64,000 nucleotides of DNA from Azolla caroliniana (taxonomy: Eukaryota > Plantae > Polypodiophyta): NCBI GenBank assembly GCA_043228905.1, contig JBHGNT010000006.1, forward strand, positions 1,364,001-1,428,000, read 5' to 3'. The position numbers were made by a program, and so were the translations under genes. Below the pieces are notes generated by a model that saw nothing but the letters and a program-made list of their open reading frames with translations, was not told the origin of the DNA and did no database searches. Every line of letters begins with the position of its first letter. The first letter of the stretch is position 1. Of this stretch, positions 14,220 to 27,913 are shown piece by piece.

Positions 14220-14643
14220 TAGCAATTGATAACAATTTGATTCCGTTCGATTAGTATCAAAATCTAACTATTTAAATTGGACCGAATTGAACCATGAAAC
14301 CATTTTAACCGATCCGTTACAAAAAAATTGAAGCTCAAACCAAATGGTTTTAGAGACTTTCAAACCTTTAAACCATAAAAACTGCGGTTTCGTTCTTCAG
14401 TTTTGGTTTCAAGGTAGGTCAAAATTCAAAATTTCACATTTTAATTTGAAATTTTTTACATTGTTCAATAATTCAAATTTTAATCTCCAAAAATTCAAAG
14501 ATTTTTCTTAAAATACCAAAATTAGCTTAAAATGTTTAGAATAATATTTAAGAAAATTATTGAGTGTCAATCCTAAAACCGTCAAACTGTTTAAACGGTT
14601 TCACGGTTCTGTTCGGTTCAAACCGAACCATTGCCGAGTGTTA
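14220..14643. mobile_element. hAT-type MITE copy 2
   Basis: Perfect 8-bp TSD GGCATGAA (14212-14219 and 14644-14651); right end AAACCGAACCATTGCCGAGTGTTA shared with the other copies. Confidence 0.8.
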
Positions 14644-14979
14644 GGCATGAACATCGCGTTAGCATTCTCGTCACAAATTGTTAGCGATAAGAGTTTCACC
14701 ATTCTTTTTATGTTTTCTTTAGAATGCCAAAATTTGGCCTTCCATTGCTCTACTGGTATGCTACAACATAAGCTCTATTGCATTGCCTTTGCCTTGGAAC
14801 TACATTAAAAAGACTTAAAAAAGGCCCATATTTCCAAAAATAAATGTGCAGCCTAGAATGAATTATTCGCATTCAAACAAGTTGCAATGATACCACCCAT
14901 GCCCCTCATCAAAAGGCACCATCTGATAATGAGTTTCAAGGAACTCTTTCACTAGCACAAGCAAGCACTCAATAATCTA

Positions 14980-15105
<126 letters not shown>

Positions 15106-16689
15106 TTACAAAACGCCAACAACTTGACCACTTCTATCAATAGGAACTTTCAAACAATGGTGCATCCTATCGACTCCTTAAGAGTCTTCGTGGCTACAAA
15201 ATGATGTTGACCCATGAAGGACAAGTTGTGGGTTTGTTAATGAGTGTCATATGCCTATGTGGATATTTCTGCCCCCTTCTTGTTAATGGTAGGTGTTTGT
15301 TTTGATGCGTTTCATGTTGTCTGTATTTTTGTCATGCAACTCTTTCAAAAGAAATTTTGTTTAGATTATACTTGCTAATTAATACTACTTTAATTCCATT
15401 GTAGCTAAGTAGATAATGTCATGAAGATATATAGGCAACATCAAGAACTTGTCGACGACCAACAAAGTAACCAAAAAATAGCGTACAACATCACACATAG
15501 AATTTACCATTTGATTCAAAGCGTCATTAGAAGCATTTGGCCTTGCAACAACTTTCATTAGAAGCGTCATGTTCAGCAACTTTCATTGAGCATGCACTCC
15601 AAGAAAACTAGATTATGGAGTAATTAAGTCACACTCTTCACAAATGGTCTTGCATCTTGCTTTTATATCTACACCACAACTAGTTTCTATATTGCTTGGG
15701 TTAGGAGTCAAGAATGGCTCAACTCAAGCCCAAACCGAGCTGTTAATCCGTTTTTAAATGGTTTGGTTGATTCTTAGCTATATTGAAGATGTGCAATAAG
15801 CTACCTTATTTCAGTTGTAATATACTTGATAGCATCAAGTTTATGGAGTGCGTGTAGCTTTTTCTTTACGAAACTAATCCTTATGGTGCAAATTGCTCTA
15901 AATTAGCTAAAAGGAAATCTTGGGAGATTGAAATGACAAAATGCTTATGTTGGTTGAATTTATGATCTTGTTAGTGGAGGTATATATAAAGCGAACAATA
16001 TCAAATAGGGCGCATAAAGGTGTGTAAAGTGAATAGGACTTTGCATACAATCTTTACTAAAATCCTAGAAACAGTGCAATATATTGATTTGTAACTAAAA
16101 AACATGTATGACCAAGCAGTCGATACGAAACATACTCGGAAACACGGGAGGTTGAACTCTTGTTAATGCCACGGAAAAGAAGAAGTATGATGTAACATTT
16201 CAGACAAAGAGAGAGCATTTTGTAATGAAAAACACGGTATCTTTTATTATGCGTAATACTAAAACTCGGTCCCAAAGGCAAAACAGGGACGAAAACAACG
16301 ATCTGTTGCGGCAGGGGACCCGAAGACTTACATAGTTTTTGTTATCTCTTAACCTTTCTCTCATAGAACTACATTAAAAATTAGTAAATACCGACTCCTA
16401 TGTTTAAACCTCTTTTTCCCACTACATACTCCACTCCCTTACATACTCATCCACTTTACTCATGATACTCAATCTACTCTAATCATTTTCATCCTTCTTT
16501 TAAGGCTTCACTATCTCTCACTCGCACTCCCTCTATGTGTACGTGTCTTCACTAACTAACTACCTTCTTTACTTAAATGTTATATATGTAGTAAATTGTA
16601 ATAGGCTTGCCATACACAGCCTACATACATACATACATACATACCTCTCTCACTCTCTCTCTCTCTCTCTTCATGAGGCGGTTCAAAGT

Positions 16690-18660
16690 TCAGTTTTGAT
16701 TGAGTGGGCGGTCCTTGAGACGTACCACTAGCGGCGCCGCCATTTCACACGACAGTTTCAGCACCTCCGTCAAGTCGACGGGACGGTCGTCCACTTGCTG
16801 GAGTTCGAACCTCTGCACTATCCTGGCCACCCACAGCTGGACGGTCGCCATGGCCATGGCCTTGCCCGGACATGCCCTCGCGCCTGCTCCGAAAGGTGCC
16901 AGCCGCATGTCCACCGCCCCTGAATTCACTTCTATCGCCTTCCCCTCCCTAGGCTCCAGGAAGCGCTCCGGCCAGAACCTCTCTGGTTCTGCCCACACCT
17001 CCGGATCGTGCATGATGGCCCACATGTTCACCATCGCCGTCGTCCCCGCCGGTACCTCGTACCCGCCCACCTCTGTGTCGTGGATGGCCAGCCTCGCCCA
17101 TGACAGCAGCGGCCCCGGCGGATGCATCCTCAGCGTCTCCTTCACCACCGCTTGCAGGTACGGCATGCGGGCTGTGTCGGCATCGCGGATGCATGGGGGC
17201 TCGCTGTCACTGCCTGTTGCCATGGATTGCACCTCCGCGTGGAGCCGGGATTGGACGGCAGGGTGGAGAGCAAGCTCCGCGAGGATCCATTCCGTCAGGA
17301 TGGCCATGGTATCAGTCCCCCGGAAGATCATCTCCTGCATTCATTCATTCATTTGGTTAATGACTCTTGCAAGGTCCGTTGAAGTCGACGAGGAGCCCTA
17401 AAACTAGGACGCAATCGATCAATCAATCAATCGCATTTGCCGTCACCATTGATAGACACAGGCAGGCACAATTCATAATGGAAATTTGCTTACCCAGAGG
17501 ACGGATACGATGTCGGAATCCGCGAGTTTCTCTTCCTCTTGCAGATGTAGGAGCACGTCCACGAAGCTGGAAGATGAGGAATAATTGGCCACGTGGACGC
17601 CGGCAGATCTGTGATCATCGATGATTTTCTGGACGAATGCATAGACGCGGGGCACCAGTTCCCTGCAGCGCTGGACGATGCGCAGGGGGTCCAGGCTCTG
17701 GAAGGCGGACGGAAGATGGTCCGACATGTTGAAGGCACCCAGCAGCTCGAAGCCTTCGCGCACCATGCTCTGTACCTCTTCTGCTTCCCGTCGCTCCTCC
17801 TGCTCCTCTTCGCTCCGTTCAGCAGGGTCAGCATTAGGGATGGCGGAGGAGGAATACGTGTAGCGCTTGCCGAACACGGTTCCCATGATGTTGTTGAGCG
17901 CGGCGTGCTGCAAGAAGGGCCTTATTTCAATGGCGTTAATGCGTGATGAGGAGGATGCAGCGGTGGCGGTGGCGGCCATAGTGTGGAGCATGTCGGTGGT
18001 GTGGAGCTGGCGGAGGGCCTCGTGGGCGGCAATTCGGCGTGGGGAGAAGAGGTGGGTGGCGGCAAGGCGGCGGAGGTTGCGCCATCGGTGACCGGCGGGG
18101 GAGAAGCCGAGGGCGCGGGTGAAGAGGAGGTGGGTGGCGGACTGGGAGAGGGGGCGCTGGGAGAAGGCGGGGTTGCAGAGGATGTGGCGGGCGGTGGAGG
18201 GGTGGCTGGAGACGACGAGGCGGGTGGAGGCGAGGGAGAGGGCCATGAGGGGGCGGGCGTGGAGGGAGGAGGCGAGGGAGGCCAGCAGGCGGTGGGCGGT
18301 GGGGGAGGAGGAGAAGGAGAGGAGGGAGCCCAGGAATGGCAGGCCACGGGGGCCGGGGATGCATGGGCGAGGAGGAAGAGGAGGCGGCGGCGAGGAGGAG
18401 GAGGAGGAGGAGGCGTTTAGGCAGCGGCTGCGGCGGAGGCCCCAAGCGGGGCCGCCTGGGTGGAGCCAAGAGAAGAGGGAGGCGAGGAAGAATAGGATGA
18501 GGAGAATGTAGGCAAGGGGGAGGAGGGTGGAGGGGGAGAGGGAGAGGAGGCCCACAAGGCCATCATGAACATGGCTGCTTCTTGTTATTGGGCTGCTGGT
18601 ACAATGGGCGGGGAGGAGGGCATTGGTGGTGTGGTGGTGGAGGAGGAGGTGGGAGCCCAT
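16690..18660 (-). CDS. CYP78A: Cytochrome P450 CYP78A subfamily (KLUH-like), ~603 aa; exons 18660-17494 and 17334-16690
   Basis: [34 protein letters not shown] across a GT-AG intron, [25 protein letters not shown] and heme motif [10 protein letters not shown] are CYP78A hallmarks. Confidence 0.93.
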
Positions 18661-21600
18661 AATATTAACTATCTCTTTCTATTTATTGTTTCTTCTTCTT
18701 GGTGTTGATGTTATAAATAAAAGCAGGTTGCTTCCCTAATCTATTTGGATTGGCTTCTTGGGGTGGTGGTGGTGGTGGTGGTGGTAGGTTTAGGGTTTAT
18801 GGTAGAGAGAGGGGTGTAGGTGTGTGTTGCTTGGTACTACGACTCACGAGTGTACTGATTGAAGAAATGGCCCCTCCCATGGCCCCTTATATACATATAG
18901 AGATGTCCAACAAATTAAAAAAAAGGTTTAATCTTTCTTTTCCTTCCCCCCTCCCACTTTTTTAATGAAAATATATACATGTGTCCGCGTTTTAAAAAAT
19001 TAACCCCTTGGAAAAGCTGTGGTAAAGTTTACATTTCTTTTTCTTAGGGTAACACAAAAAAAGGGACGGGATGGAGCAATCGATAGGAATGTGTGTGCAT
19101 CAAGGCAACTTGCTACCCACTGTTTGCTTTTGTCGTAAACATTTCAGCATACGTGAACGTGAACGATCGATCCATCACGCACACACACGTGATTAATATA
19201 CACATACTCATCACGTACAACCCCCTTTATAAATACAATTTCTTAAAATAGAGAAGAACATGTGCGGGGTAGAGTGGGATATGTATAGCAAGATCCTAGG
19301 TTGGCTCGAGTCCTCAACAAGTGTGATGTCTATGTGTCGGCAATCAGCAAGTAGACTTATACATACTTGGATGAGTACCCATTTGATGATCAAAGTACAA
19401 TACAAGGTTCAAGAAACCATATGACTTTTGCATCCCCAAAAGCCAACAACAACACTTGGCTCTCCTCAAGTTTTTTTTTCCAAAAAAAAAAAACTCCTTC
19501 CATTAGTTATAAAAATTTACATATGATAGTGTTATATACAAATCCCTATGGGGACACGATAGTTGCCTCTTATGTGGATGCCCACTGATTGAAGAAAGGG
19601 AGAGGATGACCATTGTTGGATGAAGGCTAGTCATTGTTTTTCAACTCCATGGAGAAGGCTCCTCTACACCAAGGACGGCCTCAAGTTGAACAGTAAGGTT
19701 TGTGACCAATTATTTAAGGAGTGATTATGGGGGGGGGGGGGTAGGTATTTGCCTACATTGTATATGGAACGATAATTGGACAACAAATTTCATCACAAAA
19801 TGACAAAACTTGGCACAAAAAAGGCTGAAGTCTAGACAAATTTCAATGGCACATGATGTTGGAGTTAGGGCAACCCAAGCATAGATTAGATAGAGAGAGG
19901 CCAATATGTGGCCGTTCAATTCAATCATTTGTGATGATCTTCAAGTTTAGTTATAATGGCCAATTAGTTGATAACTAAACTCAAGAGGCACTATGTATAT
20001 GTAATGAGTACTAACAATGCCCTCTGGCACTATATCAACAAACAAACATTTTACCACAATATACATTTTATGGTTTGTTTTACAAAATACATTTGTTTGC
20101 TTGCGCTACATGGACAATTTTGCCAAGTTGCAAGCTCAAAACTCATGAAATAATTGACCGATCCATAAACATGTATTGTTTCATCCCCAAAATGTTAGTC
20201 TCATCATTAATTTACATCAACACAAAATTAAACATTGATCTTGTATCAAAAGACATAATCCTTGATGTATTTTTTCCAACACGAGATATTGCTTCCATAG
20301 ATCAACGAAAAACATTTGTTGAAAGGTTGTTTCTTTCAAATGTAAAAGTATATGAAAGACCGTCTATTGCTTACAGAGGTGGATGACATCGGTGGCATGT
20401 CATTATAGTTTTGTGTATTCGTTATGCTTAATTGATTTGTGTATCATTTGAGAAGTAGGGCTTGTACAGAAGGCATCTTTTCAAACCATGAGAAAAATAG
20501 GGTGGCCTAAAACTTGAAGGAATTTTCAACTTCAATGGGGAATTCTGTATCTCCACCCATAAATGCTAAAAGTATTTGTTTTCATGGTTTTTGACTAGAT
20601 AGTGTTCGAAGAACAAATTTATAAAAGTTCCACCACAATTGGGGGGCACTAGGTCTTTTGGAATTGGAGTTCTTTGTGTAATTTTAGTAGGCTTTAAATT
20701 TATATTTACGGTCTCTACATTTAGGTATATGATCATAATACATATCATCTGATCATTTGGCTTCAAGTTTAATAAACTTGAATGACACATTTAATATGAT
20801 CTCATAGGAATGTTCTTGTTCGTGAGCTTATTTTGTGTAATATTACAAATGACGACATGCTTACATTGCAATTAGTTTTTTCACCTTTCACCTATTTTTC
20901 ACATGTTTACATTGGTGAGCTCTTCTTCCACATAGTTTGCATCTGTGTTTTATAGATGACAATGTGTAAACGTTCTCGTTGCCATCGTTTGGAAAAAGCA
21001 AGTGCTAAAGAATAAGTAAATTACAAATTTTTTAGCTCAAGTATACAACATCTATACATATCATATGCCTTCGGAAGATTGATTTATGTTCAATATTCGT
21101 GGACTATATATGGACTACCTTGTATGTATCCATGTTTTTATGTATGCATGCATGAATAAAAGCGTGTTAGATTGGAGTGATGTAATTGAAATCCATATCA
21201 ACGTTGTAACAAGAATTTTTGGGAAAAGAGGGAATGTGCCCAACATTAATGAATATTTTACCCATGCACTATTACACAGGATTAGAATGTATAATTAGCT
21301 CACGTGGAAAGTATCATTGTTCGAATAATTATCAGAAAATGAGATCGAAGCATATATGCCAAAAAGTGTGTTTGTACCTTCTACAATGTTTTCTGATTAC
21401 AATTTATGTTGATGAACCAAAGATAGGTAATACATTTTGGATAAGGATCCTAACCAATCAACCCATGTAGCTAAACAAATGCTAAACTGTTAGACTTTAG
21501 AATTCAACTCATTCTTAGAAAAAGGTGAGAAAAAAGGAGGTTTGATTATCATCAATTGACTTTTATATTCTCAGTGCAAACTATGTTATAGTATATCACA

Positions 21601-23793
21601 GTGCAAACCATGTGATCAAGGGCTAGCCAATTACAAGAAGATTTAATTGTGGGTACTGATAATATATAGGGAAGAACATGCATATGTTGATGCACAAAGT
21701 ACTTGAAGGTTTTGTCTCGTTGAAACTAGGTAGGTTGAACAATTCCCATATGCAAAGAATGAAGGAAAGTTAATGATAATAAATAATTCATTAATGATGG
21801 TAGGTATCACAGAAATATGCCAAGTTCATGGGGTTGGATATGCGTGCGGAGTGGTTGTGATTAGTGATGAGAAGGAACTCATCAATCCTAAAGAGAAAAC
21901 GAATTATTGTCCATATGTGCATGTGTATGTAATGTTAAGATAAGGTATAGATTGCAATTGCTTTGTTAATAGCCTATGAAAAAGTTATATTGGCAACTAG
22001 TAGATATAGTAGCATGATGTATCAACAATACATGATATTTTGTGAACTATGATTTGGAAGAATATATCCCTCCTTGGTTATGTTTATTTGAAAGTCATTG
22101 CATACAACATTATTTATAACTCGTGCTATCTAAGTTTGCAATCCTCTCGTTATTTAGAATCGTCACCTTGTACGAACCTTTTTTGCACGTAGAGCATCTA
22201 ACATTGAAGTGATGACAAAGTCTCATAGCTTTTATGCACACATAAGAAATAAAGTTTGGGTGGTGGAAATTATATGTATTGTAAGACAAGCCGTAGTCCT
22301 CAACTAGCCTTTCAACACTGCAAAAGGACGAATAAAAAATCCCATATCCATTCCAAATTTACTTAAGACAAGTCGACAATGATAGAAATGAGTCACTGTG
22401 GTAGATGTGAATTTGTATTAACAAGATTAGCAAGCAAGTGGTCACAAGGTTAAAATTTTAATAGATCCAAAACAAGAAGAATTATTGTAATGTATGTTTT
22501 ACTCTTCAATTACTTGTCTCTACGGTTGATTGACTAATCTTGCAAATATATAGAGTTGATGAGCAAATATAAAGTTATGTGCATGTGAAATTAACACTAA
22601 TGGACACATGCCGATCATAAACATTAGTTAGATATGATTGCTAATAGGAAAGGATATATTGTGTTAATACCAAGTTATTCTTGGGGTTGATGCATTTATT
22701 GCTATGTAAAATATATAAATATATGATATTTGGTATAATTAGGACCAAAAATTGGAATAATATGCAAAATAACAAATAATCACATTACAAGAACATCTAG
22801 GAATTATTCGAAATACTTCCAAAGGCATCAAATGTTGGAGGACATACTTGGTCTCACAAGAAAGCAACCAAAGGAAAACAAGATCTAAAGTCAAGGGAAG
22901 TATGACATGTGTATCACTTTCAAGAAAGTTTGCAAAGATCAAGACAATCTTTTTTACGATTGTCATATGGCAATATTGAACGAATACAAACACTTGGTTC
23001 GAGTTCCATATGTTAAAGGTTCTCCTTTAGCCACATAGACTCTAGATCACTAGAGAATCAATGTGATATTGACAATGTAATAGAGGCAGTGCACGACATT
23101 GGAGATGTAAAACATAGATCTCAAATTTTGTAGAGCATATACAATGGTGAAGTGAAGTGACAGTGAGATATCAGAAGGTGCACTATGAGGGATAAGATAA
23201 GGATAAAAGGAAAAAAATCTATGCGATCAGAGCGTGTTTGAGATCCGAAAATCCTACCAAAAGTTTGCAAGTGTCGTGAACACGTGGACAATTGTTCAGA
23301 TGGGGCCATGGAAATCAAATTTAAGCAATGATGACGAGAATCAAGGCAGAGGGAGAGGGAGAGGGAGGGTGGACAATGTTGATTCTAGGTTTCTAGTGTG
23401 GAGAAAAGGAGGGAGTAGTAGAGTCTAGTGCAGAAACTTATCAAGGGTTTCCATTTTGGGAAATGTGTTGATAGTGTAGAAAATGTGTGTTGTGTGTGGT
23501 TTTGATCATGGCTGGGGGCGTTGCATCCCAAGGTTTTGAAAGGCATGTTCGAGACGCCGCGTCAATAATATTATTCATGGTTCCTTACATAAAATGTAAT
23601 GCTAGTGCATTGATGATATCAACCACTACTTTCACTTCATACCACAGTGAAATATTGTTTGTTTTTTGGAAATAAAGAATCTTTCATTTCTTTTCTAGTA
23701 GCTTTCTTTTTCATGTCACTTCTATTGTTTCAAAGGAGATACCAGTACGTTGAGCTATACCAACTTGTGTTGCATATCGGCTTTACAGTGCGT

Positions 23794-23794
<1 letters not shown>

Positions 23795-23841
<47 letters not shown>
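23795..23841. repeat. (AG)n microsatellite
   Basis: Pure AG run. Confidence 0.95.
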
Positions 23842-23843
<2 letters not shown>

Positions 23844-26749
23844 TATTGAGTACCATAATAAGTTGGTAATATTCTTAATAATTTGATTATTATTATGAAC
23901 TTGCTTTGGGAGAGAGAATATTGAGAAATAGAGAGGTGTGCTACCAATCAGCCCATAGTTGAGAAGGGGGGTGTCCACTGTCAAGTCCATAGTTGAGATA
24001 GGATGGTCGATAGTTTGGGTGAAGTTGTTTCTTTGATACTCTCAATGTGGCATGTAGTTCAAGAGATGTGAAGTAAGGTGCAATAAAGATGTGTCCAAGT
24101 AACAGTTTGAATCCATAACATTGTCTTGATAGCATCATAATTTCCCACTAACAATAACTTACCACTAAGATAATCATATCAATAAATGATAGATACACTA
24201 ATTACAAAACAAATCGATGATATTATCATCATCATTTTATATCATGAATGTAGTTTGAGAGAGAATACTGGTGTTAGATTGCCATAATAAATCTTTTCAT
24301 TTATTATATCATACCCTATATAGATCGATGTATTATAGGATAATAGGAGATTATTATGTATAATGTATCCCAAAAGCTATATTATTTGAGAAGTTGCAAC
24401 CCCAAACTTTACACATGCCTGTTTGGATATCATATATAAGTCTTATACTATGCTGATTAAAGTTTGAAAACCCAAAAACATCTCTTCTTTATAGAGTATA
24501 GATGGTGATATTATCATATGGGATGTTTTTATGCCAAATACTCTACACCAAAACCTAAAATCTAAACATGAGTTTCTTGAATTAATTTTTTATGTAAAGG
24601 ATTTTAGTAAATCATATTGATCTTCCCATTTCCAACAACTTTCATACTTTAGATAGACACCTTGAGACATTAATAATCATCGAGTGTTCACACAACTCAA
24701 AATACAGTAGAACCTGATACACAACCCACATTAGGGACAAGGTCAATGAAGATCATGGAACTTGTAATCACGATTCATGTTCATGGTGTGAAAGAGGATA
24801 TGAATTCAATGATAATAAATTGAACGTATCGTATCACAAGCATACACAACACCTACAAGTTAGTAAATCAAACGAAATGTTTCATTAAGTGAGGTTAACC
24901 TTAAAGCCATCAATTTCATTACATCTCTCCATGAATCTAAATTTTCTCAGACACAATATAAACAAAATTCTGTTATTCTCATGTCCCTCTTAAAAGCATA
25001 TGTCTTCTCTATCTTGTCACTCATCTTATTATGTGGACTAGACCTTGCACCCAAGGTTTATCTCTCATTAAAATCTTAGCTTTTTTGGGGAATCTTTAAA
25101 CTAAGGTACTCCATCCTTTTTTTGCATCAACTTCTAGGATTTGATGATATGACATTGAACTCACCGTCATCCCTTGCTTTTTTTCGTCATTACTTGAAGA
25201 CTTCTTTTTTTGAATCACAACAATTTTATCATTACCAAAATTTCTCTTTCAAATTATACTCTTAGATGCAAGTAGTTTCTTAGATTGTACAAGATAGTTT
25301 GCATCTGTTATGTATAAAACATAATATCTATATGGTTTTAGACATGACAAGGTGTGCCCCGATGGTAATAAGTTGATCATATTACATCATGGCACTAGCT
25401 CATGATATCTTTAACAAAGTTTACTTGAGAAAGCTATCAACAATGTGTTTTCTCTTAAGGGTGGGGTGGGTCCTTGTTACATGATCATTAAGAGACCGTA
25501 AACCTCTTATTGTTTTTAAACATCAACATCAATCTTATATCAATCTATGCTGCAAAAACTCAACAAAGAATAAAGGAGGACATTATCCTTCTCCACACTC
25601 TAAAAAGCCTATACTTTCTCTATCTTATCGTGTATTGCTCTATTTTTCCTCTATTTCAAGTCTCTGTCTAATGTGGAGTACACCTTTGCATAGGACAACG
25701 CTTATCTCCCTTTCAAATATCGTACATTCCCTTTCATAATTATCCGTCTCCCTCGATGTGGAGTACACCTTTCATACAAAGCTTATCACTACCCTTTCTT
25801 GCCTCCTTTTTGGGGAATCTTCAAAGTTCGGACCTTTGTCAATCTCTTCTATGCAACAATTTCTACGATTGAACAACACATTCTCCCTTTCTAGATTACT
25901 CGAGAATGTCTTTTTCAAACAGGGAACAATTTAATCAAACCAAAATATCTTTTACAAAATTTACCAAAACAAATTACTCTGTGGTTTATTTTTGAACTCT
26001 TCCAAGTAACAACATTATATTCTAAGAATAATAGAAAACATACATTTATGAAAATAAGCAAGCAAGGATCCAACGTACACTTAAATGAGTTGATCATACT
26101 ATTAACAATCGGCAACAATTCGGTTTGGTTTGAGAGGGTCCAAACCAAACCGTTTAATGTTTTGAAACTTGAACCAAACTGAATTGAACCAGAAACCGCT
26201 AAACCGAACCGGTAAACATTTTTCAAACTGTTAAACCATTAAATCGTAAAAACTGCGGTTTCATGGTTCGGTTTTGTCATGAACACATGACCATTATGGC
26301 GTCACCCGGACTTGAACCTCGAACCTTGTAATTCATACTTGAAAACCTCAACCATTAAGATAGCTTATTGTTATATGAAACAATAATAGCTACTTCTTGT
26401 ATTACATTGATTATTGTAAAAACTCTAGATTATTCTAGAATGTTCTAGAATGTCCTAGATCATTCTAGGTCTAGAACATTCTAGAACATTCTAGAAATCT
26501 CTAAGCTATTCTATAGGAACCTATAAATAAGCGCATACATGTATTCTCAAATCAATTCGAATCAACACCAGTCTTTAGCTCTCATTACATATCTTGTATC
26601 CATTCTCTTTCTTTCTCTATCTTATACATACATTCTTCTCTATCCTTCTTCCATCACTCTATCTTTTATCCTTGGTTCTGACAGTTTGATTCGAAATCTC
26701 TCTCTCTCTCTCTCTCTCTCTTATCCTCCTTTGTAACCATCCTGAAACC

Positions 26750-27913
26750 ATGGCTGCCATTAACTCAGAAGAATATCTCACCCTTGTTGCAGAAATGGAG
26801 AACCTTAAATCCAAGTTCGCATCTCTTGAAGTAGAGAATCAACGTCTACTTGGGGATCTACAAAAGGTTACTATAGAGAAGCAACAACAACAAGAGGAGT
26901 TCACGCGACGAGTGCAACAGTTAGAGTCGACAATCGTCGTGTTACAACAACAAAGGGTTGAAGGTCAGGGACTTATCAAGGAGCCCAAAATTAGCCTCCC
27001 AGCTAAATTTGATGGGTCAAGGGCGCATTTCCGAGGTTTTTTGAATCAAGTACGGTTGGTGATTCAAATGCATCCCGCACGTTATCCAACAGATGCATCA
27101 CGAGTCGGGCTAGTGGGCACTTTATTGACTGGCATAGCGTTGTCGTGGTTTGCTCCATTGCTAGAGACCAATTCTCCTCTACTGAATAATTTCGAGGAAT
27201 TTATCAAGGAATTTAAGGCTTGTTTCGGAGATACTGATGGGGCGAGAACAGCTATCAACAAGATTCGTACACTTCGTCAAGGTGATCAACCAGCTTCAAC
27301 ATATGCTGCCAATTTCCGTCTCATCGCAAGCGATATTCCTTGGGATGAACAAGCCCTAATGGAGCAATTCCGTTCAGGCCTTCGTAGTGATGTCAAAGAC
27401 TTACTTCTTACCTTCCCCGAGGATCCAAGGTCACTTACAGAAGCTATTAGTCGAGCAATACGGTGTGATAATCGCCTTTTTGAGCGTCGATGTGAGCGAC
27501 AACAACAAATAACAAGATCTAGATTCACACCAACTTCTGCATCAGTAACGGCGCAATCATCCCCAAGGCAAATGTATAGCCCTGCTCTAACTCCAAGGCA
27601 AACACGTAGTCCAGTCCCAATGGATAGTCCTACACCCATGGAGATCGATATGACTCAACGACGAGGACCGTTGTCAGACGAAGAGAAGCAACGTCGTTGA
27701 GCAAACCATCTGTGCTTATATTGTGGAGGTCCAGGACATATAGCCATTCATTGCTCCCGTAGGCCGAGACGTCAGGTAAATCAAATTCACTATGACAATA
27801 AAAATGAGTCCAACATTTTAGAAGTAGTTAGTGAATCTAATATTATGAATAATCCACCCTTGTCCAATAAATTTGAAGTCCTAAGCCAATTAGAAGAGGA
27901 GTCAAACGAATAA
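26750..27913 (+). pseudogene. Chromovirus gag, with a premature TGA at 27698 before the CCHC knuckle
   Basis: PAKFDGSR, LRQG, PTPMEID; CLYCGGPGHIAIHC follows the stop in the same frame. Confidence 0.85.

Noticed and set aside
16700-18511. Multiple overlapping ORFs around CYP78A
   Set aside because: Shadow frames of a GC-rich gene with low-complexity translations
19400-26000. Possible ancient LINE/hAT remnants
   Set aside because: Too degenerate to support boundaries or a family call by eye
26297-26369. Functional tRNA gene
   Set aside because: Acceptor and T stems do not pair; only the promoter-like boxes and CCA are recognisable
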